20,000 nucleotides of DNA from an uncultured virus (IMG/VR IMGVR_UViG_3300042398_000686) (IMGVR_UViG_3300042398_000686:51695-71694), one strand, 5' to 3'. Numbered from the stretch's first letter, positions 7,097-17,393 are shown. The notes: a model not told the origin generated them from the letters alone. A program made the numbers and translations.

Positions 7097-10000
7097 TTAT
7101 TGAGTTAAATTGATTCCTGCGTCAATTAATTGTTGTTTAGTATTAACTGTTATGACATCTATATTGTTTAAAACATTTTGTGCTATGTTTTGAGGGATTG
7201 AAAATCCATAAGATGTTTTTCCATTTGGTTTAATTAGGTTAACTATAATATTGGTTTCGTCATTTACACGTTTTAAGAAAATAATTTTAAAAAATTTATT
7301 ACAACGATCCTCAAAATACCCACTTATATCTTCTTTAGTTTGTATATAAACAATACCATTTCCACTATATATAATATTACTAACTGTGTATTCCAAGAAA
7401 GGTCCATTTTCATCTATTACTTGAACAATAATTTTATCATTTTCTTGTAAAGCAAATGGATATAAAATATCTCCATATTCTAAATATAAATTAGCATATG
7501 ATGAAGATATTAAAGTATCTAACGGGTTAAATATATAATTAGTACTAAAGAAAGGGGATAACTGAGGTGATAGATAAAAAGAATTAGCAGCTTGATTAAC
7601 ACATACAGACGAAGTTGTCACTAATAAAGAGTCATTAGTAGGAACTACCTGTAATATGCTATTATTAGTTCTAAGAAGAGAAGCTGTTACTGGGCCTACA
7701 TTAGATTCTACAAAAAATCTAAATCCAATTTTATCACCTACTACATAATTAAATTGGTCAATTTCTACTAGGAAATTTCTATTAAAGTTTAATGTTTGAG
7801 GTTGAGGTCCTGAAAATGGTCGTGATATAAATGTATATTTAGGAGTAGTAGGACTTCCTGGTATTCCTGACCCATCTTTTATCCAAATGGTCCCAGCAAA
7901 ATAGCTTTGAATAGGAACATTATTTTGATCTATAAGTACAGGATTACCAACACCAACACCATCAATATCACTACCACCAATATCACTGTTAGAGGAGTCA
8001 TCAAGAGCATTACCAATATAAACATAAACATTATAAGCAGAATATAGAGTATCTGCTAAAAACGTCTCCGTGCTTATTGGATTTGGGTTTATTCCATCAT
8101 ATGAATATAATATATACCCATTTAATAGTGTTTTATTTTGAGTAGGATCTGGTACGTATTGGGCCGGTCCTGAAAAATCTTCAAAAGAAGACAAAGTTCC
8201 ATTATAGTAATTAGTTCTCATTTTAGCTGTTAAGCTTTGAGTACTTTCTGTTAACATACTTATACCTGAAGAGCCACTTTTCCATAATTGCATACTAGCT
8301 GTTAATTCTGAGTTTAAAGGACCTTCTACAAAAATACTAAAATTGTATGTGAACATATAGTCCCCTTCTGTAGCTAATGTATAATATGAAGAAGTTAATA
8401 CATTTCCAGCACCCGGACCAGTTCCAAAATTATAATATAATCCTAGATTGGAGTTAGGAGCCGTTAAACTAAACATATTCCAGACTTCATACTTATTTCC
8501 TGTTCCTAAATAACTTGAAGAAACATATTGGGTTGATGGATTTACTCCACCTGATACTATAAGACCTCCAGAGGGATATAGAGTAAAAAATCTATCAACA
8601 ATTGCTGAGTTTCCTCCTCCTACAGTATTAAATATAGATTGTGATTCATAACTTGCAGATTCAAAACCAAACATGTAAAAAGTAGGGAAATAAGAATATC
8701 CACTTTCGTAAATAACTTTATTACCATTAGTTTGTGCTTGATTTGAATATTGTTGTGAATTAAATAAAGATACGTTTAATGAATTACCTGCTTTAAATGT
8801 GTTTTGTACTTCTTGCCAGTTTCTGTTTCTCTGGTTTAATTCAGTAAATCCTCCAACTTCATTAACTAGATATTTTAATTTAACATTTGATTTATAAGGT
8901 AATATACTGTTTACAACTTCTGTAAATAATCCTAATTTTTTAGTATTATGAGTAATAACTGGAGATTGACCATATGCTACATCTCCTGGTGTCCATACAT
9001 TATAAAATCTACCAAATAATTGAACTCCATTATATCTTGAATTTACATGTGCATGTAAGCTTAAATATGAATCTTGTAGATCTACAGGTTCTTCAATAGA
9101 ATATGATGTAAAAACTCTTCCTAAACTATCAGTTGACATAATAGGAGTTAATTTTTTTCTAAAGCTAGATTCTAAACTTTTACTTACATTATTAAATAAA
9201 GCATTAAAACTTGAATTATAGAAAAAATTCTCATAAAATACGGCATTATAATCTAATATAAAATCAGTATTCCCACCCATAAACCCAGGAGGTACTACTC
9301 CTGCTGTATTGTTGACTAAATAAGGATTTATATTGTTTTCTTCAAAATATATGTAAGTATCAATAAATGAACCTGTAATTTCACCATTATAGTAAGCTAC
9401 TTTATCTCCTGATAGATATTCGTAATATGGATCATATATAGGGATTATAGCAGCACCCGTTATAGCACCATCTAAATCTATCTGAACATTGGATACAGGT
9501 CTAGCTTCTGGTACTTTAGGGCGTTCTAATACTGGTGATTTAATAGATACCCCTGTCCAAGTATTACCTCTAGCAGGAGTAAAATCTTTAACCATTTTAA
9601 ATAATGAATTGTCAAAGAATTGAATTAATCTAATAAACCCAGCATAGTCGAATCCTTCATTTGGATGTGTAAATGTTTGACCAAACCAATAATCTCTTTG
9701 GTATGATAAAGAAGGATAATTATCTAAATATAAAGCTTGAGGATATGCTATATAGTCATCTATAACCCATGATGGGTTAGAAGCAGCTATAGAAGCAGAT
9801 ACAGCCTCATCTATTTGTGTTTGAGGTGAAAAAGATACATCAATAAAATGTAAATCTTGACTTTTAATTGCTCTAGATGATGTTGTAGTGGTTTCTAAAC
9901 GTTTTATAGGAGATAAAATACTTCCTGTGATGTTATTAGAACCAATTGATATTTTATCTGTTGTATATCCTTTTAAATCTTGGTAGTCGTTCATCCCACC

Positions 10001-11944
10001 ATATTCTTTAATAGGAAGAATTGAACCAGTAATACCAAATAAGGTAATTAAGCCTTGTAAACCACCATGTGCACCTTTTCCTTTAAATAAGTAAGGTAAA
10101 TTATGATAAAGTCTTTTATAAGTATCTAGTACTAAATCTTTTCTAGGTACATTATTTAAAAAACTACTTGATGGTGAATAATCCCCATTATAACAAGGTC
10201 CTAAATCTGTTACTGTAATTCCTGAAGTTAATGGTAAATAGCTTCCCGATATAGCGCATACTTCTGAAGTTCCATTAAATGGTGGTACGGATACAGCATC
10301 TGGGGTTCCATTACATGAGGTATAAGTTTGAAATAGAAAATTACCTGAGGTGTTAGTAAATCGGTAGCTAACACAATTAGGAGCAAAATCAACACTACCA
10401 CTAAATCCACCTACATTATAATCTAATACACTTTGGTTACCTTGAGAATTGTATAATTTCATCCCAAACGATTGTAACCAATCATATACTAAATCTTGAG
10501 ATATACCTTCATTTAGATTGTTATTATTATCCCATACATCTGTTAATTTATCTATATAAATCCAAACATTATCAAAATATTGACCTATCATTTCAACAAA
10601 TACAATATATGGTAGATAATTGTCTGGATCATCTGTTATATATGATGGTATTGTGTTAACTAATATATCTTTATTTGTTAAATCAAACTCACCAGCTACT
10701 TCAATAGTATCGTTATACCAAGATTGAACTATAACTGATGATGAAGCATATAATGTGTATGGTTTTGTACTGTTAGATTTTGGATAAGGAGCAACGTTAT
10801 AAATAAAATATGATCCTGATTCTAAAGCATATGTTGTTATACTTGAAGTTAAAGAACTAGAAGTATAGTATAAGTAAGTTTCAAATCCATCAAAACCACC
10901 TATTACTGTATTTAAACTAGAACTTGCTCTTGTTACTTGATTTACTAAAGAAGCATTACTAGATGTTAATGGTGAAAGAGTACTAATTTCATATTGGTAT
11001 CCTTCAATTTCACCTATCTTATTTAAAAAATTATTTACTCTACTTGTAGCTGAACTGTAGTGAACAAATTCATTAAATGCACTATAATCTACATTTATAT
11101 TTACATTTTGATTTGTTAATGAATTTAATACGGCTTGATAAGATGAGCCTGTAAAAGATGTTACTAACTGATTTAAATTACTATATGGAGTAGGTACTAC
11201 TTCTTTAATTTCTAAATCAATATCAAAATTAGGTCCTTTTAAAAAAGGTTGAGGAAGTGGAGTTGTTAACTTATCTAAATTAAGATCAAACACATAAGGA
11301 TTAACAATTTCTTCTACAATCCAAAATGTTGATTTTAAAGAAATATTAGCTGGTAATGGTTCATATAATTTAAATAATATGCTAACATTACCTGTTTGAT
11401 CTACTTCACTTACTATATTTACAGCTACTACTTGATTATTATCACCGAAATTTAAAATAACATAGTAATAATAAGGAACATCAAGCTGTTTAGTAGCAAA
11501 ATTTTCAGCTATGTCAATTAAGGCTTCATCAGTTAACTCAGTAGAATCTACACGTAATTCAGTTCTATCTGTAGATATTTGTTGAATAAACAATTGATTA
11601 CTAAATGGTTCACCTGATATTTTTCTAAAGAAATTATAACGAGATACAACTTCCCCAGACTCATATCCTAAATCCTGTATATCTTTAATAGGATCTATTT
11701 CAATATCAGGAAGTAAGCTTTGTGAATATGCTGAATTGGATGGTAATTTATATGAATTATAATTGTAATCTGAATTAAGGATGTTTCCTCCTTGATCAAA
11801 TAAAAAGTATTCAATATAATCCTGAGGTAAACCAAAGGTTTCCTGGTTTAAGATAGGATTAAGTAATTGTTCCTCTTGAGCAGTATAACGATTTATACGC
11901 TCAATATCTGTAACTTGTCCTACTATTTTAATATTATCGGCCAT
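7097..11944 (-). CDS. Large baseplate protein (gp7 / P2 gpI-like wedge region plus extended C-terminal domains)
   Basis: 1615 aa. RLYHNLPYLFKGKGAHGGLQGLITLFG...IKEYGG resembles the KGT helix motif of P2 gpI/T4 gp7-type wedge proteins, and LFKMVKDFTPAR resembles their distal motif. Downstream of the gp25-like and gp6-like genes. Confidence 0.6.
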   Translation of the reverse strand: MADNIKIVGQVTDIERINRYTAQEEQLLNPILNQETFGLPQDYIEYFLFDQGGNILNSDYNYNSYKLPSNSAYSQSLLPDIEIDPIKDIQDLGYESGEVVSRYNFFRKISGEPFSNQLFIQQISTDRTELRVDSTELTDEALIDIAENFATKQLDVPYYYYVILNFGDNNQVVAVNIVSEVDQTGNVSILFKLYEPLPANISLKSTFWIVEEIVNPYVFDLNLDKLTTPLPQPFLKGPNFDIDLEIKEVVPTPYSNLNQLVTSFTGSSYQAVLNSLTNQNVNINVDYSAFNEFVHYSSATSRVNNFLNKIGEIEGYQYEISTLSPLTSSNASLVNQVTRASSSLNTVIGGFDGFETYLYYTSSSLTSSITTYALESGSYFIYNVAPYPKSNSTKPYTLYASSSVIVQSWYNDTIEVAGEFDLTNKDILVNTIPSYITDDPDNYLPYIVFVEMIGQYFDNVWIYIDKLTDVWDNNNNLNEGISQDLVYDWLQSFGMKLYNSQGNQSVLDYNVGGFSGSVDFAPNCVSYRFTNTSGNFLFQTYTSCNGTPDAVSVPPFNGTSEVCAISGSYLPLTSGITVTDLGPCYNGDYSPSSSFLNNVPRKDLVLDTYKRLYHNLPYLFKGKGAHGGLQGLITLFGITGSILPIKEYGGMNDYQDLKGYTTDKISIGSNNITGSILSPIKRLETTTTSSRAIKSQDLHFIDVSFSPQTQIDEAVSASIAASNPSWVIDDYIAYPQALYLDNYPSLSYQRDYWFGQTFTHPNEGFDYAGFIRLIQFFDNSLFKMVKDFTPARGNTWTGVSIKSPVLERPKVPEARPVSNVQIDLDGAITGAAIIPIYDPYYEYLSGDKVAYYNGEITGSFIDTYIYFEENNINPYLVNNTAGVVPPGFMGGNTDFILDYNAVFYENFFYNSSFNALFNNVSKSLESSFRKKLTPIMSTDSLGRVFTSYSIEEPVDLQDSYLSLHAHVNSRYNGVQLFGRFYNVWTPGDVAYGQSPVITHNTKKLGLFTEVVNSILPYKSNVKLKYLVNEVGGFTELNQRNRNWQEVQNTFKAGNSLNVSLFNSQQYSNQAQTNGNKVIYESGYSYFPTFYMFGFESASYESQSIFNTVGGGNSAIVDRFFTLYPSGGLIVSGGVNPSTQYVSSSYLGTGNKYEVWNMFSLTAPNSNLGLYYNFGTGPGAGNVLTSSYYTLATEGDYMFTYNFSIFVEGPLNSELTASMQLWKSGSSGISMLTESTQSLTAKMRTNYYNGTLSSFEDFSGPAQYVPDPTQNKTLLNGYILYSYDGINPNPISTETFLADTLYSAYNVYVYIGNALDDSSNSDIGGSDIDGVGVGNPVLIDQNNVPIQSYFAGTIWIKDGSGIPGSPTTPKYTFISRPFSGPQPQTLNFNRNFLVEIDQFNYVVGDKIGFRFFVESNVGPVTASLLRTNNSILQVVPTNDSLLVTTSSVCVNQAANSFYLSPQLSPFFSTNYIFNPLDTLISSSYANLYLEYGDILYPFALQENDKIIVQVIDENGPFLEYTVSNIIYSGNGIVYIQTKEDISGYFEDRCNKFFKIIFLKRVNDETNIIVNLIKPNGKTSYGFSIPQNIAQNVLNNIDVITVNTKQQLIDAGINLTQ

Positions 11945-11961
11945 TAACCATCAATTATTTA

Positions 11962-12312
11962 TTATTCAATTCTACCTGTTTGGGCTTCCAATGTAGCATT
12001 AGTTGTTTCGGCCTCCAACAGTTGTTGTCTTAAATCTGTTATTTCTTGTAATAAAGCTTGTATTTCATTATCATCTGATATTCTTACTCCCAAATACTCT
12101 GCTTCACGTTCTAAAATAAATCTATGTGAATCTACATCTCCCTCTCTAGGTATTTCAGTAAATAATTCATCATATAATTCAAAAAAATTTTCTAAAGTTG
12201 TTTCAGGTGTTGTTGGTGGAACAGCATTAAGTTCACTAAATTGAGTATTAATTACTTTAGCAAACGTGTCTTTGTTATAAACTAAATTTCTAATTGGAAT
12301 TACTTCAGCCAT
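11962..12312 (-). CDS. Hypothetical protein with C-terminal coiled coil (probably virion-associated)
   Basis: Acidic 116-aa ORF with the heptad segment EIQALLQEITDLRQQLLE. TAATG overlap with the upstream gene. Confidence 0.7.
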   Translation of the reverse strand: MAEVIPIRNLVYNKDTFAKVINTQFSELNAVPPTTPETTLENFFELYDELFTEIPREGDVDSHRFILEREAEYLGVRISDDNEIQALLQEITDLRQQLLEAETTNATLEAQTGRIE

Positions 12313-13454
12313 TATTTATTAAGTTTAAAAATATATGAATTATCATAAACTACTGTTGAACCATTTTCAAATGAAGATTTTACTAATATTTTATAATATC
12401 TTTCAGGTTGTAAACCAGCCATGTACATGTCAAAATAATTTCCAGATCCATCACAACTTAATTTAGTGCAACTTGGATCAAAATCTATAACATATTCACC
12501 TGTATCTAAATCTTGTAAAGCCCAATATGAGCTAGAAGGTAATGCTTTATTTAATGTATAAACAGATACAGTTGTAAATTGTCTAGCAGGGTATATATCT
12601 CTAGCATTTACTCTAAATCTATAAACATCATTTCGATTATATTTACCTATATTATTTCCTAATGTAATTGCTATGTTTTCATTAGTTAAAACATTTAACG
12701 AACCTGTATTATAGACACTATCATCCCATTTTATTTCTAATTGTGGTAGATATATTGTGTGAGTATCTCTAGAAAAATATTTTAATGAATATGATGATGT
12801 ATTAGTAAGTTCATAATTACTTGTCATTTTTAACAAGAACCCATCATTTATTAAAGTATTACTATTATAACCATCTGTAATATTGGTTACATTTAAATTA
12901 ATATCTTTACTTTGATTTATACCAAATGTTTGAGAACCGGCGTAACTAAACCACCATGTACCTCCACCTGGATTTTGAGATTGAAAAGATGCTGTTGTAT
13001 CAGTATAAAAACTAGCTGTTAACCATTCATTAGTATTATCTCTATTTCTCCAAGTTGCATTTTCTGTATCATATGGGTTATATAAAAAACGTCCTGTACC
13101 TTGTTCCCAAGATTGAGATACACTATAACATTCTAATGAATAAGTGTCTGGTAAATTTGAAGCGTCTGCTAAATATAATCTTAAAGAGGCTGAGTAGAGG
13201 CCATTTGTTGAAATTATAGGAGTTAAAGAATTTATACTTTCTGTATTAACTGTAGGCAACACTATTGTATTTAATACTCCCTCTATTTCATCAGTAGGAA
13301 ATTTTATTAATACACGAGAAGCATAAGGAGTTGAACCCGCTAATAAAGAATTTTCATTAGAGATTTCTAGAATCTGATCCAACCCAGTATTCATGTCTGG
13401 GTATTTGGAATAAATTGTTGTATCCTTCTCAGGGAATATCTTATAAACTGCCAT
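12312..13454 (-). CDS. Virion protein with DNRLRE-like beta-sandwich domain
   Basis: The pattern DTTIYSKYPDMNTG...SRVLIKF...ASLRLY...VSQSWEQG...ATW...GFLLK...PQLEIKW follows the DNRLRE/CBM96-type layout. A second beta domain follows. Confidence 0.55.
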   Translation of the reverse strand: MAVYKIFPEKDTTIYSKYPDMNTGLDQILEISNENSLLAGSTPYASRVLIKFPTDEIEGVLNTIVLPTVNTESINSLTPIISTNGLYSASLRLYLADASNLPDTYSLECYSVSQSWEQGTGRFLYNPYDTENATWRNRDNTNEWLTASFYTDTTASFQSQNPGGGTWWFSYAGSQTFGINQSKDINLNVTNITDGYNSNTLINDGFLLKMTSNYELTNTSSYSLKYFSRDTHTIYLPQLEIKWDDSVYNTGSLNVLTNENIAITLGNNIGKYNRNDVYRFRVNARDIYPARQFTTVSVYTLNKALPSSSYWALQDLDTGEYVIDFDPSCTKLSCDGSGNYFDMYMAGLQPERYYKILVKSSFENGSTVVYDNSYIFKLNK

Positions 13455-13466
13455 CTATGTTATTTG

Positions 13467-13483
13467 TTTATTATAAATATAAA
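13467..13483 (-). promoter_or_regulatory. Putative late promoter motif (TTTATATTTATAATAAA)
   Basis: Intergenic 17-mer identical to 18966-18982. The core ATATTTATA lies 17 nt upstream of the ATG at 13454. Confidence 0.6.
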
Positions 13484-13487
13484 GTTG

Positions 13488-15299
13488 TTAAAAAGTTACA
13501 ACTCTACCTTGAATGTCTAATTCAGGATATCTTATTTCAAATATAGAAGGATCTAATGAAGGGTATAAGATTCCATTTTGAATAGCTCCTGCTACATCAT
13601 AGCTATATGGAGAATAATTTCCGCCTGATTTATTTGTAAATTCTATTTTAACTACCGATTGTACTCCTTTAATCTGTAACAGTAATGAATTAATATTAGA
13701 TAAGATTATAGGTTGATTTACCTGCCATTTATCTGTATCAAAATAGTTAGTAATAGCAGTAATACAATCTGTTAGTATTTGATTATTACTTAAACCAGGA
13801 ATAACAGTTATATCAAAATTTAATCCTAAATTTATATAGAATGCGTCTTTAATAGTAATAGCATCTGTAACCATTCTAAATGGCTCCATATATTCTTTTA
13901 AATTCGTTTTTAAATTTAAAGTAGCATTTTCTAATTTTTTAGTAGAATTATATGCTAACACATACATTGAAAGTGCAAGTGGATTATTATCTATTAAAGG
14001 ATCATTTCCTGAATTAACAGATAAAGCAGATGCTTGTTCAACATATACTTTAGCTATGGTACCAAAATCAGAAGGCATACTTAAAGCACGATTCATATAA
14101 TCGTCTTTTGTTACAGCTCTTAATTGTGCCGAGAACGCATTTAGCGTGTTTAAACGTATTTCTTCTGTAGTATCACCACTCCTGCCACCTACAGCAGGTA
14201 ATGGATTATTTGCGATTAAAGTCGCTAAAGATACGTTATTATATATTGGGTTAACAGCATTTATTCCAGCGTTTGAATTAATAATAGTAATATCATTTGC
14301 TGGTACATTAGCTGTTACTCCTCCACCTGAAAGGTATTGGACATTCATTGATATATTTGAAGGTACAGTACCGTACTGTTTTGTGTAAAATACAGCTGCT
14401 TGATTATAATTGTTAACTAAATCCGAAGTATCAACTGATGGTACTAATCCTAATTGAATATTGTCTGGTGTTGGTATGATAATATCATCGTTATCATTAA
14501 CATACATACCCGAACCAAATTGCAGTTCTACAACATCATCAGTTCTAATTCTTGATACAAATCTATTAGGTGTTTCTAAATAACTTAAAAGATAAGGTAC
14601 TTGATTAGAAGAAGGCCCAGTATTAGTTGTTCTATTAATTATGTTAGATTGAGCTAAATAAGGTACTTCATACCATTGGCTACCATCACTTCCTGTAGCT
14701 TGAAGTATTTGAAGGAAGGTTGGATCATTTATTTCAACTGAGGTAAATTTTACAGGTGCCCCAAACGTAAATGTTTGATTTTGTACTGTTGCTGATATAG
14801 CTCTAACTGATTTTTTGAATAAGTAATTATTACCATCGTACAATGTTATTTCAACTGATTCTGTTTTAGAAAAATCAACAGGATCTAAAGTTAAAAAGTC
14901 AACATTAGTACTTACTGATCTTAAAGATAAATTTTCTGGGATTATTAATGCATAATCTAGATTAGGTTGTCCTGCTACTATAGGAATTCTTTGATAAAAA
15001 TCAATTGTAGTAACAGATGCATATGACGATTTAGGACGATATCCTAATGAATACGCCATATTTAATAAATTTTCTTTTTCTCTAGCGGTTAATACAAAGT
15101 TTTCTTGTATTTGAGTATCTGTGTAAAAAGACAAAACATCTCCAACGTATGATGACATTTCAATAAACATCGTACCTGGTGACGCTTCTGAAAAATCGGT
15201 ATAAGTATTAGGAAAATAATTTTTAGCAAACTCTATAAGAGATGCTTTATACTGAAGGAAATTCTTATTTAAATAAGATATGTTTTTTTGCTCTGTCAT
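13488..15299 (-). CDS. Baseplate wedge subunit (T4 gp6 / baseplate J-like)
   Basis: YTDFSEASPGTMFIEMSSYVGDVLSFY, AYSLGYRP, LQFGSG, YLSGGG..ANV, GGRSGDTTEEIR and QLRAVTKDDY are characteristic gp6/J motifs. Directly follows the gp25-like gene. Confidence 0.9.
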   Translation of the reverse strand: MTEQKNISYLNKNFLQYKASLIEFAKNYFPNTYTDFSEASPGTMFIEMSSYVGDVLSFYTDTQIQENFVLTAREKENLLNMAYSLGYRPKSSYASVTTIDFYQRIPIVAGQPNLDYALIIPENLSLRSVSTNVDFLTLDPVDFSKTESVEITLYDGNNYLFKKSVRAISATVQNQTFTFGAPVKFTSVEINDPTFLQILQATGSDGSQWYEVPYLAQSNIINRTTNTGPSSNQVPYLLSYLETPNRFVSRIRTDDVVELQFGSGMYVNDNDDIIIPTPDNIQLGLVPSVDTSDLVNNYNQAAVFYTKQYGTVPSNISMNVQYLSGGGVTANVPANDITIINSNAGINAVNPIYNNVSLATLIANNPLPAVGGRSGDTTEEIRLNTLNAFSAQLRAVTKDDYMNRALSMPSDFGTIAKVYVEQASALSVNSGNDPLIDNNPLALSMYVLAYNSTKKLENATLNLKTNLKEYMEPFRMVTDAITIKDAFYINLGLNFDITVIPGLSNNQILTDCITAITNYFDTDKWQVNQPIILSNINSLLLQIKGVQSVVKIEFTNKSGGNYSPYSYDVAGAIQNGILYPSLDPSIFEIRYPELDIQGRVVTF

Positions 15300-15715
15300 T
15301 ATACAAAGTTAACTGTTATATTATCTGTTTCTCCTGATAGGAGTATTATGTATGCTATTTTTACAAGTAATGTATTAGAAGATTCATTAGGTTCTATTAA
15401 TAATTCAATATTTTGAATGTTTACTTCTGGGATGTATGTTGCAACGCTATTAATTATATCTTCTCTAACGTTATCTAAAGTTTCTTCTGTCATTTGTCCA
15501 AATAATTGACTCCTTAAAGTGGTACCAAAGTTTGGATTTTCTATTCTTTCTCCTTTAGAAGTTAATACTAAATTAATTACATTAAATTTTATTTGCTCCC
15601 TTGTAGAATAAATACTATTAAAAACTCCGGGAGCATTAAAAGGCAAACCAACACCAATAGCGGTATTGACTTGAAAATCTCTCGGGTCAACTCTAGTACT
15701 TCTAACGTAAGCCAT
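15299..15715 (-). CDS. Baseplate wedge / sheath initiator (gp25 / GPW-like)
   Basis: QIKFNVINLVLTSKGERIENPNFGTTLRSQLF...YIPEV is the GPW_gp25 signature. Confidence 0.92.
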   Translation of the reverse strand: MAYVRSTRVDPRDFQVNTAIGVGLPFNAPGVFNSIYSTREQIKFNVINLVLTSKGERIENPNFGTTLRSQLFGQMTEETLDNVREDIINSVATYIPEVNIQNIELLIEPNESSNTLLVKIAYIILLSGETDNITVNFV

Positions 15716-16077
15716 TACTGTACACTTCTAAAATTATTTAAATCAGCTGGGTTTGATCTCATTTCTGCTGCTACTTGAGATAATAAATCTGAGTATACTG
15801 CTTGTTTTTCACCGAATGTTTTAGGTGGTTCTGGTTTCATAGCATCTGCTATACCCATTTTTTCCATTAAACTATTTCGTAAAGCAGGGTTTGTGTTACT
15901 AGTATTAAAATTCATAGTAGGCCACGCTTCATTATTACTAGATGCAGGTGGTGGTGTATAAGGTAAACCATACGAAACAGATTCAGAAAGTTTCTGTTTA
16001 CCTAATTCTGCTAATTCTTCTTTTAAAACCTCTCTTACGGCTTCTTTAATTAATTTTTTTAATTCTAATGTTTTCAT
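15715..16077 (-). CDS. Hypothetical protein
   Basis: 120-aa ORF with N-terminal helix ELKKLIKEAVREVLKEEL. ATATTTAT lies 4 nt upstream of the ATG. TAATG overlap with the gp25-like gene. Confidence 0.75.
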   Translation of the reverse strand: MKTLELKKLIKEAVREVLKEELAELGKQKLSESVSYGLPYTPPPASSNNEAWPTMNFNTSNTNPALRNSLMEKMGIADAMKPEPPKTFGEKQAVYSDLLSQVAAEMRSNPADLNNFRSVQ

Positions 16078-16088
16078 GTCAATAAATA

Positions 16089-17393
16089 TTAAGCTTCAAG
16101 TCTTCGTTTGTCAATTTCTAATCTTAATTCCTCAATTAGAACCTCAGGATCTAATGTAAAGGACGGTTCAGATTGTAGAGCTATAAATCCACTTCTGTCT
16201 AAGGCAACAGCATATCTTCGTTTATTACCAGCTACTACAAATCTAGGATCATCTTCTTCTAATATAGAGAATGTAAATCCATTATATTCAACTCCAAGTA
16301 CAGGACCTAAACCACCACCATCTAAACCAGTACCAGAAGCATCTAATAAATCTCTTACTTCTTGAGGAGTTAAATCATTAGTAGCAGCATCATCTAGTAC
16401 TTTATTTAAAGGAAGTAATCTAGAACGTTCATATTGAATAGTTGATTTAAATCTATTTAAAGTTCCTATTGCAATTTGTAATAGTATATTAAGAGATATT
16501 ATTATAGGTGCGTATTTTGCTATTGTTCTTGTTGTTTTAATACCAATAGGTGATATCTGATATGGTGTGTATGGAATAGCTGTTAATACAGATACTGTTA
16601 ATGTCAATATTGTTAAAGTAGTACTTATAGATCTAAGTGTTCTATTAAAATTATTAACCTGATCCTCAGCAGATCTTAATGAAACTAAAGCTGCGTCTCT
16701 AGCTACTCTTGCTTTTTCTATATCTGCTTTAGTTGTAGCATTTGTAATTATTTCATTAGTTTTATTTACTAATTCATTTAATTTAGAAATAGTTTGAGCT
16801 AATTTATTAACCTGATTACTTAGTATTCTACCAAAAACCAATGTAATAGCAGCCGGTCCTGATGATTTTATTATTTGTGTTAAGGCTTTTTTAATTTTAG
16901 CTTTATTTGTTTTTATTTTTTTAGTATCTTTTGCTACTTTAACTTTATCTTTAATTTGTTGTTTGTCTTTTTTTTCTTTTAATGAGCGTTGTGTTGTTAA
17001 TACTCCAATTTGTTCTTGAAGTACTTCAATACGTTTTTGAGCACCCGCAATAGCAGCTTTAGCTTTTTCTAATTCTTGTTCTGCTTTTCTTTCTAATTTT
17101 CTAAGAGCTTCCTTTCTATCATTAATAGTTTTTGCTCGTTGTTCAGGTGTTATATTAGCAGCTAATGCGGTTATAGCAGCAGTACCTAAGGCAGCAATAG
17201 CTTCTGGTGAGCTTACATTAAGGGAGGGAGCAGAGGGTACTAAAGATTTAATAGCATTAGCTTGTACTTTAGCTTTATTATAAAGTGCTTCGGCTTTAGC
17301 ATATTGTCTCTCAGCATCTTGATATAATTTTTTAGATTCATCAAGTGATTTTTTAGCTGCTTTTATTTTATCCTGGTTAGTAACTTCAGCCAT
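16089..17393 (-). CDS. Long alpha-helical/coiled-coil protein with hydrophobic hairpin
   Basis: K/A/E-rich heptads; hydrophobic segments ISTTLTILTLTVSVLTAIP and APIIISLNILLQIAIG; small C-terminal alpha/beta domain. Confidence 0.7.
   Translation of the reverse strand: MAEVTNQDKIKAAKKSLDESKKLYQDAERQYAKAEALYNKAKVQANAIKSLVPSAPSLNVSSPEAIAALGTAAITALAANITPEQRAKTINDRKEALRKLERKAEQELEKAKAAIAGAQKRIEVLQEQIGVLTTQRSLKEKKDKQQIKDKVKVAKDTKKIKTNKAKIKKALTQIIKSSGPAAITLVFGRILSNQVNKLAQTISKLNELVNKTNEIITNATTKADIEKARVARDAALVSLRSAEDQVNNFNRTLRSISTTLTILTLTVSVLTAIPYTPYQISPIGIKTTRTIAKYAPIIISLNILLQIAIGTLNRFKSTIQYERSRLLPLNKVLDDAATNDLTPQEVRDLLDASGTGLDGGGLGPVLGVEYNGFTFSILEEDDPRFVVAGNKRRYAVALDRSGFIALQSEPSFTLDPEVLIEELRLEIDKRRLEA

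Noticed and set aside
7963..7987. Short direct repeat CAATATCACT (SDIGGSDIDG)
   Set aside because: A small in-frame duplication in a loop; no evidence of wider significance.
10228..10410. 60-aa minus-strand ORF nested in the 1615-aa gene
   Set aside because: Alternative frame with a non-ATG start and no supporting signals. Its overlap with the Cys module is most simply chance.
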